NCBI GenBank assembly: GCA_048940445.1 | Contig: JBHLON010000001.1 | Coordinates: 32,001-96,000 of the forward strand | Source: Promethearchaeota archaeon | GTDB lineage: Archaea > Asgardarchaeota > Lokiarchaeia > Sigyniarchaeales > SOKP01 | Reading direction: 5' to 3' | DNA length: 64,000 bases | In this document: in pieces, positions 1 through 8,871 of the stretch | Numbering within the stretch: position 1 is the stretch's first letter | Layout of the letters: every line of letters starts with the position of its first letter | Program-made: the position numbers and the translations under genes | The notes under the pieces: generated by a model | Databases searched by the model: none | What the model was told of the DNA's origin: nothing | What the model saw: only the letters and a program-made list of their open reading frames with translations

Positions 1-1566
1 AAATTCTTCCCATTTTGGGGCATGAACAGCCAAAAAGACTGTCTGAAATTTACATGTACCAAGTGAATCTGTTACCGCATAAAGGAGTTCTTGCCACCAA
101 ACCATTCTGCTCTTTCCCACATAAGAGCGATAATCTGAAGACATCTTACCTCCATAAATTTCTTCCAAAAAATCTTCTGGTAATCCATAAAGATCTATAG
201 CAGGCCTTCCTCTTAGATGATCAGCACCTCTTGTTGAGGTTGTAATTCCTAAGGCTAAGCTGGGCGTAGGGCGTTCATCTGAATGTAGATTACTCATGCC
301 TTTTACTTCAATCGCGTAATATTTAGAGTCTTCACCTATTTTTGTAATAGCACTTTTAAACCCATCCGCTAGGATATTACCAAATCCTTCTCGATAAGCA
401 ATTTTTTTAATTAAATCAAAAAGGACTTTTTCATTACCCCACTCAAGTTTTAACCCTTCTGTCGTTCTATCGTCTATGATACCTTTCTCATAAAGTTCCA
501 TTGCCCAAGCAATTAGACCTCCTGTTTCTAATGTATCCAAACCATATTTGTTAACAAGATGATTTGCTACCAGAATCGTCTCCATATTTTTGCAATCTAC
601 CATGGTACCAAATGCTCCAAGAGAAGTATATTCTGGGCCTTCAGCAAATATCGGAGCAAAAGCTCCTTCTTTTAATGTGTAACGATGACGACAGCTAACT
701 GGGCACCCATAACAGCCAGACATGCCTATAGTGTACTTATCCATTTCTTCGGGTTCAATATCCCAACCCTGTTCCAACTGATTTAGCTGGAAATTTCTAG
801 TTCTTATTAATCCAGTAGTATTAGTGGTACTATATATAACAAGAGTACCCCATTTAGAAGCTGCTCGAGAATATCGATTCTTCATAACCATATCGATTAT
901 TTCTTTGCAATAACTCAATAATTCATCGGGATAAGAAAACTGAATATCCAGAGTCCCACGAGCTGCTATAGCTTTAAGATTCTTGGATCCCATTACGCAT
1001 CCCATACCTGTTCGTCCTGCAGAATTTTTCATCCCAGTCCTTACATTAGCAAAACGAACAAGATTTTCACCCGCTTTACCTATTACTAATGATTTAATTT
1101 CCTCATCTCCTTGTTCTGAGCGTATTAAGCTTTGTGATTCAAATGTATCCTTCCCCCAAATAAGAGACGCATCTCTTATTTCAATTTCTCCATCATGTAT
1201 GAAAAGATAACTAGGCTTTTTAGCTTTTCCGGTAATAACTAAATGATCAAATCCAGCCATTCTCATTTCTGGAGCAAAAAAACCTCCTATATTCGAATCA
1301 CCAATAGCGCCTGTTAAAGGGGATTTTGCTGCGATGTCACATCTTCCACTCCCTAGTGCTGGTATACCTGTAAGCAAACCCGTCCCAATTAGTAATACGT
1401 TATCAGTACTTAATGGATCAATCCCTGGCAAAAGATGGTTGTAAAGAAGATACATATTTATACCTCTTCCACCTAAAAACTTTTCCCGAATTGACTTAGG
1501 AATAGGTTTTATATTGATTTCTTCGTTCGATAAGTTGATATAAGCAATTTTTTTATTCCATACTAT
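1..1566 (-). CDS. aor: aldehyde:ferredoxin oxidoreductase (tungstopterin AOR family), 3' end runs off the window
   Basis: Manual minus-strand translation: WNKKIAYINL..FLGGRGIN..AKSPLTG..DSNIGGFFAPEMRMAGFD..IGKAGENLV..AGRTGMGCVMGSKNLKAIA..EGPEY..YGLDT..STRGADH are AOR family motifs. It is absent from the ORF track because its stop lies outside the window. The likely start is a non-canonical ATA at 1566; the first ATG is at 1455. Confidence 0.92.
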   Translation of the reverse strand, partial: MVWNKKIAYINLSNEEINIKPIPKSIREKFLGGRGINMYLLYNHLLPGIDPLSTDNVLLIGTGLLTGIPALGSGRCDIAAKSPLTGAIGDSNIGGFFAPEMRMAGFDHLVITGKAKKPSYLFIHDGEIEIRDASLIWGKDTFESQSLIRSEQGDEEIKSLVIGKAGENLVRFANVRTGMKNSAGRTGMGCVMGSKNLKAIAARGTLDIQFSYPDELLSYCKEIIDMVMKNRYSRAASKWGTLVIYSTTNTTGLIRTRNFQLNQLEQGWDIEPEEMDKYTIGMSGCYGCPVSCRHRYTLKEGAFAPIFAEGPEYTSLGAFGTMVDCKNMETILVANHLVNKYGLDTLETGGLIAWAMELYEKGIIDDRTTEGLKLEWGNEKVLFDLIKKIAYREGFGNILADGFKSAITKIGEDSKYYAIEVKGMSNLHSDERPTPSLALGITTSTRGADHLRGRPAIDLYGLPEDFLEEIYGGKMSSDYRSYVGKSRMVWWQELLYAVTDSLGTCKFQTVFLAVHAPKWEEF

Positions 1567-1852
1567 AGTCTTCCACCTTTTTTAGCTAATCTTATTTACT
1601 CAAAAACTATTATGTTTTTAGAGTGATGGGAAAATTTACCCGCGGAATGTCAAGAACTAAACTCCAAAGTAAACTTAATAATAGTATCCACTTATTAAAT
1701 TAATATATTTTACCTTTTATTTAAATCATCCATTAGATTTAAATAATTCAACATAAACTAATAAGTAGAAGAATACTTTAAAATATTAAATATAATAAGA
1801 ATCATATAGCATTAAGCTGACTTAGAATTATAGTGTAATAAGGGACATCTAG

Positions 1853-2008
1853 ATGAGTGAAGATACAAAATGTAGATGCATGAATTGTCTTAAACGTTTT
1901 ACAGTTACAAAAGATGCGAAAGAGGCTACTTGTCCTTACTGTAATATCAAGTATAGAATCTCGTGGCCTTGGCCGGGACAGCCAAAAGTTCGAGGACTGG
2001 CAAAATAA
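1853..2008 (+). CDS. small zinc-ribbon protein (51 aa), below the ORF-track cutoff
   Basis: ATG 1853 to TAA 2008 gives MSEDTKCRCMNCLKRFTVTKDAKEATCPYCNIKYRISWPWPGQPKVRGLAK, with CxxC-x14-CPxC spacing. A purine-rich AAGGGA lies upstream, and the ORF fills an otherwise empty gap converging on the 2016 stop. Confidence 0.82.
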   Translation: MSEDTKCRCMNCLKRFTVTKDAKEATCPYCNIKYRISWPWPGQPKVRGLAK

Positions 2009-2015
2009 GTAGGGA

Positions 2016-3548
2016 TTATTCAATTTGCATTGCTGATTCAAATAATTCTGTTATATCGTAGATCTTTAATGACCTATTAATGCTTTTTTTAGCATGTGAT
2101 GCAAATCTGAAATTAATTTTACATTGAGGACAAGCTGTTGTTAATACATTAACATTTTTAGGTAAGTCTTCTTTTAATCTTCTTTGTGTCGATTCCAAAC
2201 TTACTTTGTTATTAAAAGACCATAACCCGCCTCCACCTCCACAACATCGTGCACAATTTCTATTCAATGGCATCTCAATCAAATTTAATTTAGGAATTGC
2301 TTTTAATACATTACGCGGAGGTTCATATATATGACTATGCCTTCCAAGGGAACATGGATCATGATAAGTAACATTAATCTCTAATGGTTTTAGTTTAACT
2401 TTTTTATTTTGGATTGTTTTATCAAGAAATTGAGATGTGTGAAGTATCTTACAAGGTAACCTTACATTAAGAATTTCGGGATAAAGTCTTGTAAAAGTAT
2501 AATAACACCCAGAACAAGGTGTTATAAGCGTATTAGCCTTAGTTCTTTCAATTCTTTTAATAACCGCTTCTGCAACTATTTTTGCATCCTCCCATAATCC
2601 AGATGAAATTAGAACATAACCACAACAGCCTTCATTATTTCCCAGCATTGTGTAGTCAACTTTCATTCGATTCAAAATATTAATGAGAGATTGTGCAGTT
2701 TTAGGAGCTCGAGTTGCAACTGTACATCCTAACCAACAAAGAATTTCTGATTGTTTTGATAGATTTGATTTAGAATAATTATGTACTCTAGAAAGCCGTC
2801 GATCAGTAGGTGTACCACTAGGATCCCCATATTTTATGATGTTCTCAGATGTAGTATGAAATATTTCAGGTGTTAAATTTTCTTTAACTAATTTGTGTCT
2901 TAAATAGAGTATAGCCTCGTGGAACTCTAAATTTTGAAAACATTGAGCAAAACAAAGACCACACTTTGTACAATTATATAAGATATCAACAACTTTTTCT
3001 GAAAATGCCAAGTCTCCCTTCATAATTCCTCTCGTTATAAGAAATCGCCCTTTCGATGACCAAGTTTCAATTCCTTTAAAAGACTTACTAACGGTACAAT
3101 AACCACTACAAGTGGTACATTGTTGGCATTTGCTTATATTTTTGCCTAGAAACAAATTTTGTACAGCTAAAGCAATGTTTTTATATGTCCCATACTTCTC
3201 TATATGATTATTGTTTAATCTATTGTTAGTTTCTGCTTTAGAACAATTTTCAAGGTTTGGAATTTCTACATTATCAAATAAAATCAAAGGTCTGGGCGAT
3301 TTGCCTATATCTATTAAATTATTTTTTCCTCTCTCTAATAAAATCAGATCCTCTTCTTGAACAAAATCTTTTATCTTATTTTCATCTATTTTATTGCAAA
3401 CTCTGATTACAATATCTGGTTTCACTTTATTCTGATTTAGAAAGACTTGTTCAAAAGAATATACATAAAGGTCTTCTGAATCAGTCAATATTTGATCAAT
3501 TTTTACTATCTTATTTAATTTCTCGATGATTTTATCTTTAATACTCAT
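2016..3548 (-). CDS. (Fe-S)-binding CCG-domain oxidoreductase (GlcF/HdrD-like) with a short GlcD-like N-terminal remnant
   Basis: Two ferredoxin-type clusters (CQQCTTCSGYC, CTKCGLCFAQC) and two CCG domains (EGCCG, TPCSGC, YHDPCSLGR, RCCGGGGG, TACPQC). Confidence 0.85.
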   Translation of the reverse strand: MSIKDKIIEKLNKIVKIDQILTDSEDLYVYSFEQVFLNQNKVKPDIVIRVCNKIDENKIKDFVQEEDLILLERGKNNLIDIGKSPRPLILFDNVEIPNLENCSKAETNNRLNNNHIEKYGTYKNIALAVQNLFLGKNISKCQQCTTCSGYCTVSKSFKGIETWSSKGRFLITRGIMKGDLAFSEKVVDILYNCTKCGLCFAQCFQNLEFHEAILYLRHKLVKENLTPEIFHTTSENIIKYGDPSGTPTDRRLSRVHNYSKSNLSKQSEILCWLGCTVATRAPKTAQSLINILNRMKVDYTMLGNNEGCCGYVLISSGLWEDAKIVAEAVIKRIERTKANTLITPCSGCYYTFTRLYPEILNVRLPCKILHTSQFLDKTIQNKKVKLKPLEINVTYHDPCSLGRHSHIYEPPRNVLKAIPKLNLIEMPLNRNCARCCGGGGGLWSFNNKVSLESTQRRLKEDLPKNVNVLTTACPQCKINFRFASHAKKSINRSLKIYDITELFESAMQIE

Positions 3549-3677
3549 ATGCGTTGCTTAAATCAAGAAAATCTTAATTATTTAATTGAAAATATATATG
3601 ATATTTTTAAGCTTGTGATTAATCTTTATAATTCTATTGAATAAAATTTTTAATCTCATTAAAATTTTTAAGATTTA

Positions 3678-3959
3678 ATGGCAAATGTCGTACTCAAGTT
3701 AATGACAACTTTCTCAACTGACGTTGGTTTAACTGAGATCAATTATCCGAATGTTGAAACATTAGGGGAAGTAATTAAACAGTTCATGCATGAACATGGG
3801 AATAAAATAAGAAGAAATTTTATAGATAAACATGGAAATCTGGAGTCTCACGTAGTTATTTTAGTAAATGGAAGAAATTATTTATTTTTAGAAGATTTAA
3901 ACACAAAATTAAAAGATGATGATAAAATAGTAATTTCTCCTCCACTTGTTGGTGGATAA
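3678..3959 (+). CDS. MoaD/ThiS/SAMP-family ubiquitin-like sulfur carrier
   Basis: ILVNGRN...LNTKLKDDDKIVISPPLVGG with a C-terminal diglycine. MoaD-like genes commonly accompany AOR genes. Confidence 0.9.
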   Translation: MANVVLKLMTTFSTDVGLTEINYPNVETLGEVIKQFMHEHGNKIRRNFIDKHGNLESHVVILVNGRNYLFLEDLNTKLKDDDKIVISPPLVGG

Positions 3960-3982
3960 AAATCGTTCTTTAGAAAAATAAC

Positions 3983-4453
3983 TTATAAAATTAGTAAATT
4001 AATCCATTCTGCGAAAAGAGCAGGCTTTTCTTGACCACGAATTTCTATTGTATGATGTGAAATGAATTTCATACCTTGTTTTACTAATTCTACTTTTGAA
4101 ATATAAGATACGTCTCGAATATAAGCTCCCACAGGTACAGGAGAAATAAATCTTATTTTATCAAAACCATAATTGATTATTGCTTTTGCATCTGTAACAT
4201 AAAACTGCATTGAATCTCTTTCACCATCTTGTAAAGTAAAAAAGCCTAACATAGATAAGACAAAAAATCCATGAGCAACAGTTTTACCATAAATCGAAGT
4301 TTTTGCTTTTTCGGGATTGATATGAATATATTGGTGATCTTTTGTTAGATCCGCAAACTTATTTATTTCGACTTGACTTACTTTATACCATTTTGTTACA
4401 AATTCTTGACCAAGATAATTTTTTATATCAATTGCTTTTATCTTATTAACCAT
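3983..4453 (-). CDS. MaoC-family (R)-specific enoyl-CoA hydratase/dehydratase
   Basis: FADLTKDHQYIHINPE..TVAHG hydratase-2 motif; NYGFDKIRFISPVPVG. Confidence 0.9.
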   Translation of the reverse strand: MVNKIKAIDIKNYLGQEFVTKWYKVSQVEINKFADLTKDHQYIHINPEKAKTSIYGKTVAHGFFVLSMLGFFTLQDGERDSMQFYVTDAKAIINYGFDKIRFISPVPVGAYIRDVSYISKVELVKQGMKFISHHTIEIRGQEKPALFAEWINLLIL

Positions 4454-4516
4454 TTTTGATTCTCATTTAATTTCGAGTTTTTTATTAAATACTCTATTAT
4501 TTCAAGGGATTACACC

Positions 4517-5749
4517 CTAGTTTTTTAATTCTTCTAGTTGTTCAATAAATGCTTCTATACTTGTTTTGGATTGCTCATCAGAAAGGCACCGTAAATCATT
4601 TAAGTCACCATTTAGAATTAATGAAGGGATTCCTGCTTGGGTCTCAATTCTTTGTGGCATTCCATAGCGACTATTTGTATTATGCGGGCAAGTTCTTGCG
4701 TCATGAAAGATAATACCATCAACTTTGAAGAATTTTACCATCTTATCCAGATAAATTTCTTTAAATTCGTCTGATCGTACAATAAATAGTTCGGTATAGG
4801 CTTTTGCCATACTTTTAATTGGATCATGCTCATCAAAGGCTGCAAAAATCCAACTATTACAATAAGTTGATGCGACTATGCATGTTTTGAGGCTAGCAAA
4901 TAATTCAGAATAGTGTTTTAATCTACCCCAGATCGGCATTCCTTCCCAATATAATCTAAAACGTTCATTATCCACTGCTCCAATATGATTTTCGACTCTC
5001 TGTTGGAGTTCAGCTAACAAAATTTTATAATATTCTACAGCTGTTTTAGTTCCTCTTAGAACCACAGCGGGAGCCATGTGGATTGTACCATCAAAATAAG
5101 TTAGTGGTGAGGGTATCGTAGCTGCCGTATCTAAAATACTCTTCCATAATTCAGAACATTCTCGAGAGAGAAAGACTACTTTTTTAAGTTTTTCCTGCTC
5201 AAATTCAACCATTGAAATTTGTTCTAACTTTTTAATAAGCTGTTCCATCTGTTGTGCTATAAATTCAACATGAGCACTTGTAACTTTCCCAACTGTTCTT
5301 GGAGTGGAAATACCTATTAAGGGTGCTTTAAATTCATTAGCAAACCAACTAAACCAATCTTGCACTTCTCGACATTGATTTGTATTAAAAACTAATACAT
5401 CTGGTTTTGGTATGCTTTTAATATCAGGATAGGCTTTCGATAATGCCGTTTCTTGCCTTAAATAAGCCCCTATATCAGCAGTAAGGTATGAGCATATTTC
5501 AGGCGAATAACCAATTGCATTAGCATATGGAATTAAATCTGTTGCCATTCTAGAAGCCCCTAACATAGCGCTGTGATTCTCTGGAAAATAAACTTCAAAA
5601 TCTAGGGCTCTTAGAATTTCTGCTGGGCCAACGCTCGAACACCAAGCAACTTTTTTCTCATTTGTTCTCGAGGCTTTGTCTAAGTTATGATAATATTCCG
5701 ACATAATTTGGTTTAATTCTTTAACTGCTTTTATTTTCTTTCTAAGCAT
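4517..5749 (-). CDS. 2-hydroxyacyl-CoA dehydratase family subunit (HgdA/FldB/BcrB-like)
   Basis: GPAEILRA..FPENH..GYSPEICSY..NTNQC..DGIIFHDARTC..LNGDLND..IEAFIE match the HAD/BCR subunit pattern. Confidence 0.88.
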   Translation of the reverse strand: MLRKKIKAVKELNQIMSEYYHNLDKASRTNEKKVAWCSSVGPAEILRALDFEVYFPENHSAMLGASRMATDLIPYANAIGYSPEICSYLTADIGAYLRQETALSKAYPDIKSIPKPDVLVFNTNQCREVQDWFSWFANEFKAPLIGISTPRTVGKVTSAHVEFIAQQMEQLIKKLEQISMVEFEQEKLKKVVFLSRECSELWKSILDTAATIPSPLTYFDGTIHMAPAVVLRGTKTAVEYYKILLAELQQRVENHIGAVDNERFRLYWEGMPIWGRLKHYSELFASLKTCIVASTYCNSWIFAAFDEHDPIKSMAKAYTELFIVRSDEFKEIYLDKMVKFFKVDGIIFHDARTCPHNTNSRYGMPQRIETQAGIPSLILNGDLNDLRCLSDEQSKTSIEAFIEQLEELKN

Positions 5750-5811
5750 TGCTTGTAGCCTATTGAATATAATTTTGAACTTAAAATAAAAAATAAATAA
5801 TTAGATTTAAT

Positions 5812-7020
5812 TCAATCAATTTTTACATCTAGAATTAATGCAGAAGCAGCATCACCAGCTGCACACCCATCCGCTAAACCGTAACCTCCACCTTTCTCTA
5901 CTAATTCTTCAATCATTTCTATAATAATTCTCAGCATAGTAGGTGCTTGAGGGTGTCCAAATATAAGTGAGCTTCCATAATTATTCATATCTTTCCAATC
6001 CACATCCATTTCTCTAGAGAAATAGATATCATTTACAGCAAAAGGATTATGGGTTTTTATCACAGATACATCTCGTATTGAAATTTCAGCTCTTTCTAAA
6101 GCTAATTTGGCTGCAGGGACAATAGCCATAGCCATATAGCCCTTCTTGGTTTTATATTCTCCATATGATATTACTTTTATCTCAATATCTTCCCTCTTTC
6201 TTATTTTTGATGCTTTTTCTTTTGTGGTCACAATCATACCACAATTACCATCAGCTGGATGTGTTTGGGTTCCATATGTAATTGTTCCTTCTGGAAGCAC
6301 AGGTTTAAGTTTAGAGAGCCCTTCTACGGTAGTTGGGTAAATTCCTTCATCTCCATCTACTGTAGCTAAAACTTTTCGCCCTGAGCGATCTTTTACCTCA
6401 ATATGTCCCATCATATATTTTTTTTGGAATGCTTTATCATCCTTTAATGAATCTTGGTATTGTTTATAACGTAAAAATGTTACCTCATCTTGTTCCTCCT
6501 TCGTTATCCCTATTTCTTTTGCAACATTCTCACCTGTTTGAATCATTGAATTCTTTGCATAAGGATCATAACCAAAATTATCCCAAACCCAATTTTCGGA
6601 GTCTAAAGTATTCCCCGGTGCTTCTGGGTTAGGATACGCTAAATGAGGTCCATTTGAACACCTATCTGCACAAACAATAAGAGTACTTCTATTTAGTCCC
6701 GTTTCTATGCCTTGAGCCGCGATTGAAACAGAATTAGTTCCCGTAGCACAGGCTTGACTAATCATGGGTGCTGTTATATGCTCAGCTCCAATTAAACTTG
6801 TTAACCATGGTCCTCCATAGAAGCAGTTGAGTTGGGGAATGGTAATACCTAATATTATTTCATCGAATTCATTAGGTGAAATTTGGTTTTCATTCAAGAA
6901 CTTGGAGGTTAACTCTGCTGCAAACTTTATTGCATGAAGGTTTTGGAAACTTCCTTGCCATCTACAAAAAGGAGAACTCCAATATTGACCATAGGGTATA
7001 TAGGCATTTTTAAAAGGCAT
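5812..7020 (-). CDS. thiolase family protein (candidate 3-oxopimeloyl-CoA thiolase)
   Basis: SQACATG (nucleophilic Cys), MIQTGENVAK, THPADG, HNPFAVN, NNYGSSLIFGHP, GCAAG; located within the benzoyl-CoA cluster. Confidence 0.88.
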   Translation of the reverse strand: MPFKNAYIPYGQYWSSPFCRWQGSFQNLHAIKFAAELTSKFLNENQISPNEFDEIILGITIPQLNCFYGGPWLTSLIGAEHITAPMISQACATGTNSVSIAAQGIETGLNRSTLIVCADRCSNGPHLAYPNPEAPGNTLDSENWVWDNFGYDPYAKNSMIQTGENVAKEIGITKEEQDEVTFLRYKQYQDSLKDDKAFQKKYMMGHIEVKDRSGRKVLATVDGDEGIYPTTVEGLSKLKPVLPEGTITYGTQTHPADGNCGMIVTTKEKASKIRKREDIEIKVISYGEYKTKKGYMAMAIVPAAKLALERAEISIRDVSVIKTHNPFAVNDIYFSREMDVDWKDMNNYGSSLIFGHPQAPTMLRIIIEMIEELVEKGGGYGLADGCAAGDAASALILDVKID

Positions 7021-7065
7021 GTTTTATTCATCTAATTTTAATTTTTTATTATTATATTAATTTAA

Positions 7066-8634
7066 TTATAGTTTGTTAAATCGTTCTCTCAATATCCGAT
7101 GAATAACCTTTCCTGAACCGGTCCTAGGCATCTCATCAGAATTGATAATAAAAACTTCTTTCGGAACCTTAAATCGCGCCAATTTAGTTTCGCAAAATGT
7201 GCGTATTTCTTTATTAAAGTCATCGGGAACTGGAAGTTCTTTATTTAAAATACAAAATGCAGTTACCTTTTCCCCCCATTTGTAGTCCTGTAATCCAATT
7301 ACAGCACATTCAATAACCAGTGGATGAGAAATGATAATTTTTTCAACTTCAGAAGGATAGACATGTTCTCCTCCCGTAATAATCATATTTGCTTTCCGAT
7401 CTACTAGATAATAAAAACCATCCTTATCCTTCTTTGCCATATCGCCCGCAGTAAAAAATTCTCCTCTAAAAGATTCTTTAGTCTTTTCTGGTAACTTATA
7501 ATATCTATCAAACATTTGAGGACCACGAGAATAAAGTTCACCTATTTCCCCTAATGGAACAGGGTTTCCATCTTCATCAAGTATTTGGATGGTATCAGTT
7601 CCAATACATTCTTTTCCAATAGAACCTAACTTATTCATTTGATCCTCGGGTCTGAGAATTGTTACTAATCCCGCTTCAGTGGAGCCATACGCTTCGAAAA
7701 GCTTTGCTTTGTTAAAGAGTTCCATTACCTCTAACTTCATTTGTTTAGTTGCTGGAGCAGAAGATGTTAATAGAGTTCGGATAGAACTAAGATCATATTT
7801 TTTCTTTACATCTTCGGGAAGACTTAATATCAAGTTATAATGAGTGGGTATCATCGATGTAAACGTTATTTTCTCCTTATCAATAATTTGTAGTACTTCC
7901 TCGGGATCAAACTTATATTCAATATGAATATAAACAGGAGCTCCTAAATAGGTAAATACAAATGAATAAAATGTGGAATTGACATGAGACAATGGCATTA
8001 AGATCATTCCATAATCTTGAGGTGTAAAAGAGAATTCTGTTTCGTTAATTAAAAAAAAAGCAATATATGAACGATGGGATCTTACAACACCCTTTGGGAC
8101 TCCAGTAGTTCCTGAAGTATAAAGAATTACCCATGTATCTTCTGGATTGACTTTAGTAGGGGGATAAGAATTAGAGCCCATTTCTATTATTTTTTCATAA
8201 AGTAACCACCCATCAGCTGGCTTATCATCGATTAATATTCGTTTCACTTTATCTAATCCTAATTCTTTAGCCCTCATCCAAATTTGTTCCGTCGCCTCCT
8301 TGAATCGTATATCTACAATCAAATAAATTGCATCAGAATTATTAATAATAAATGAAATTTCTTCAGGATGTAGGCGAAAATTTAAAGGAACGATTATGTA
8401 CCCCGCTTTTGCTGCTGCAGCATAAGTTTCCATGAATTCGATTGAATTATTTGATAATATTGCAACTTTATCACCCTTCTTTAATCCTAATTTAAAAAAA
8501 CCATTAGCAAGTCTATTTGTTCTTTCATCCAATTCCTTGAATGTTAGTTTACGTTTTATATCTTTCAATGCAAGTTTATCGGGATATTTAGCAGCATTAA
8601 CCTTAATCATTTCGCCAATATTAAGCCATGACAT
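7066..8634 (-). CDS. AMP-forming acyl/aryl-CoA ligase (class I adenylate-forming)
   Basis: LYTSGTTGVPKG, EAYGSTE, TAGD, DRKANMIITGGEHVYPSEVE, PRTGSGK. The substrate (benzoate versus another acid) cannot be determined from motifs. Confidence 0.9.
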   Translation of the reverse strand: MSWLNIGEMIKVNAAKYPDKLALKDIKRKLTFKELDERTNRLANGFFKLGLKKGDKVAILSNNSIEFMETYAAAAKAGYIIVPLNFRLHPEEISFIINNSDAIYLIVDIRFKEATEQIWMRAKELGLDKVKRILIDDKPADGWLLYEKIIEMGSNSYPPTKVNPEDTWVILYTSGTTGVPKGVVRSHRSYIAFFLINETEFSFTPQDYGMILMPLSHVNSTFYSFVFTYLGAPVYIHIEYKFDPEEVLQIIDKEKITFTSMIPTHYNLILSLPEDVKKKYDLSSIRTLLTSSAPATKQMKLEVMELFNKAKLFEAYGSTEAGLVTILRPEDQMNKLGSIGKECIGTDTIQILDEDGNPVPLGEIGELYSRGPQMFDRYYKLPEKTKESFRGEFFTAGDMAKKDKDGFYYLVDRKANMIITGGEHVYPSEVEKIIISHPLVIECAVIGLQDYKWGEKVTAFCILNKELPVPDDFNKEIRTFCETKLARFKVPKEVFIINSDEMPRTGSGKVIHRILRERFNKL

Positions 8635-8811
8635 TTCCTTATCCTCTATAAGTTTTTATAATATCAATTGAACAATTAAATGCAATGTTTTGAAAGTATA
8701 TTTAAAATCTCTCTCGAAATGAATATTTACTCAGTATAAATGATTCCGAACGATTTCTATACATATTTTAATTTGATTGATTACATTTATTTTAAATAAT
8801 AAGTTTTTCCT

Positions 8812-8831
8812 TTTCCCATATTTATGGGAAA
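8812..8831. promoter_or_regulatory. perfect 9-bp inverted repeat, candidate operator
   Basis: TTTCCCATA-TT-TATGGGAAA, intergenic between the MaoC stop (8872) and the CoA-ligase start (8634). Confidence 0.4.
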
Positions 8832-8850
8832 CATCATCCGCTTCTTAAAG

Positions 8851-8871
8851 TAAAAAAAAGTAAAAAAAAAA
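8851..8871 (-). terminator. archaeal oligo-U terminator
   Basis: Two long A runs on + (TAAAAAAAAGTAAAAAAAAAA), i.e. U tracts directly after the stop of the minus-strand MaoC gene. Confidence 0.55.

Noticed and set aside
15-1210. Short + strand ORFs (15-200, 983-1210)
   Set aside because: They are antisense to the AOR coding region and carry no motifs.
1802-2041. 79-aa minus-strand ORF in the track
   Set aside because: It is the antisense shadow of the better-supported zinc-ribbon gene at 1853-2008 and overlaps the end of the CCG gene.
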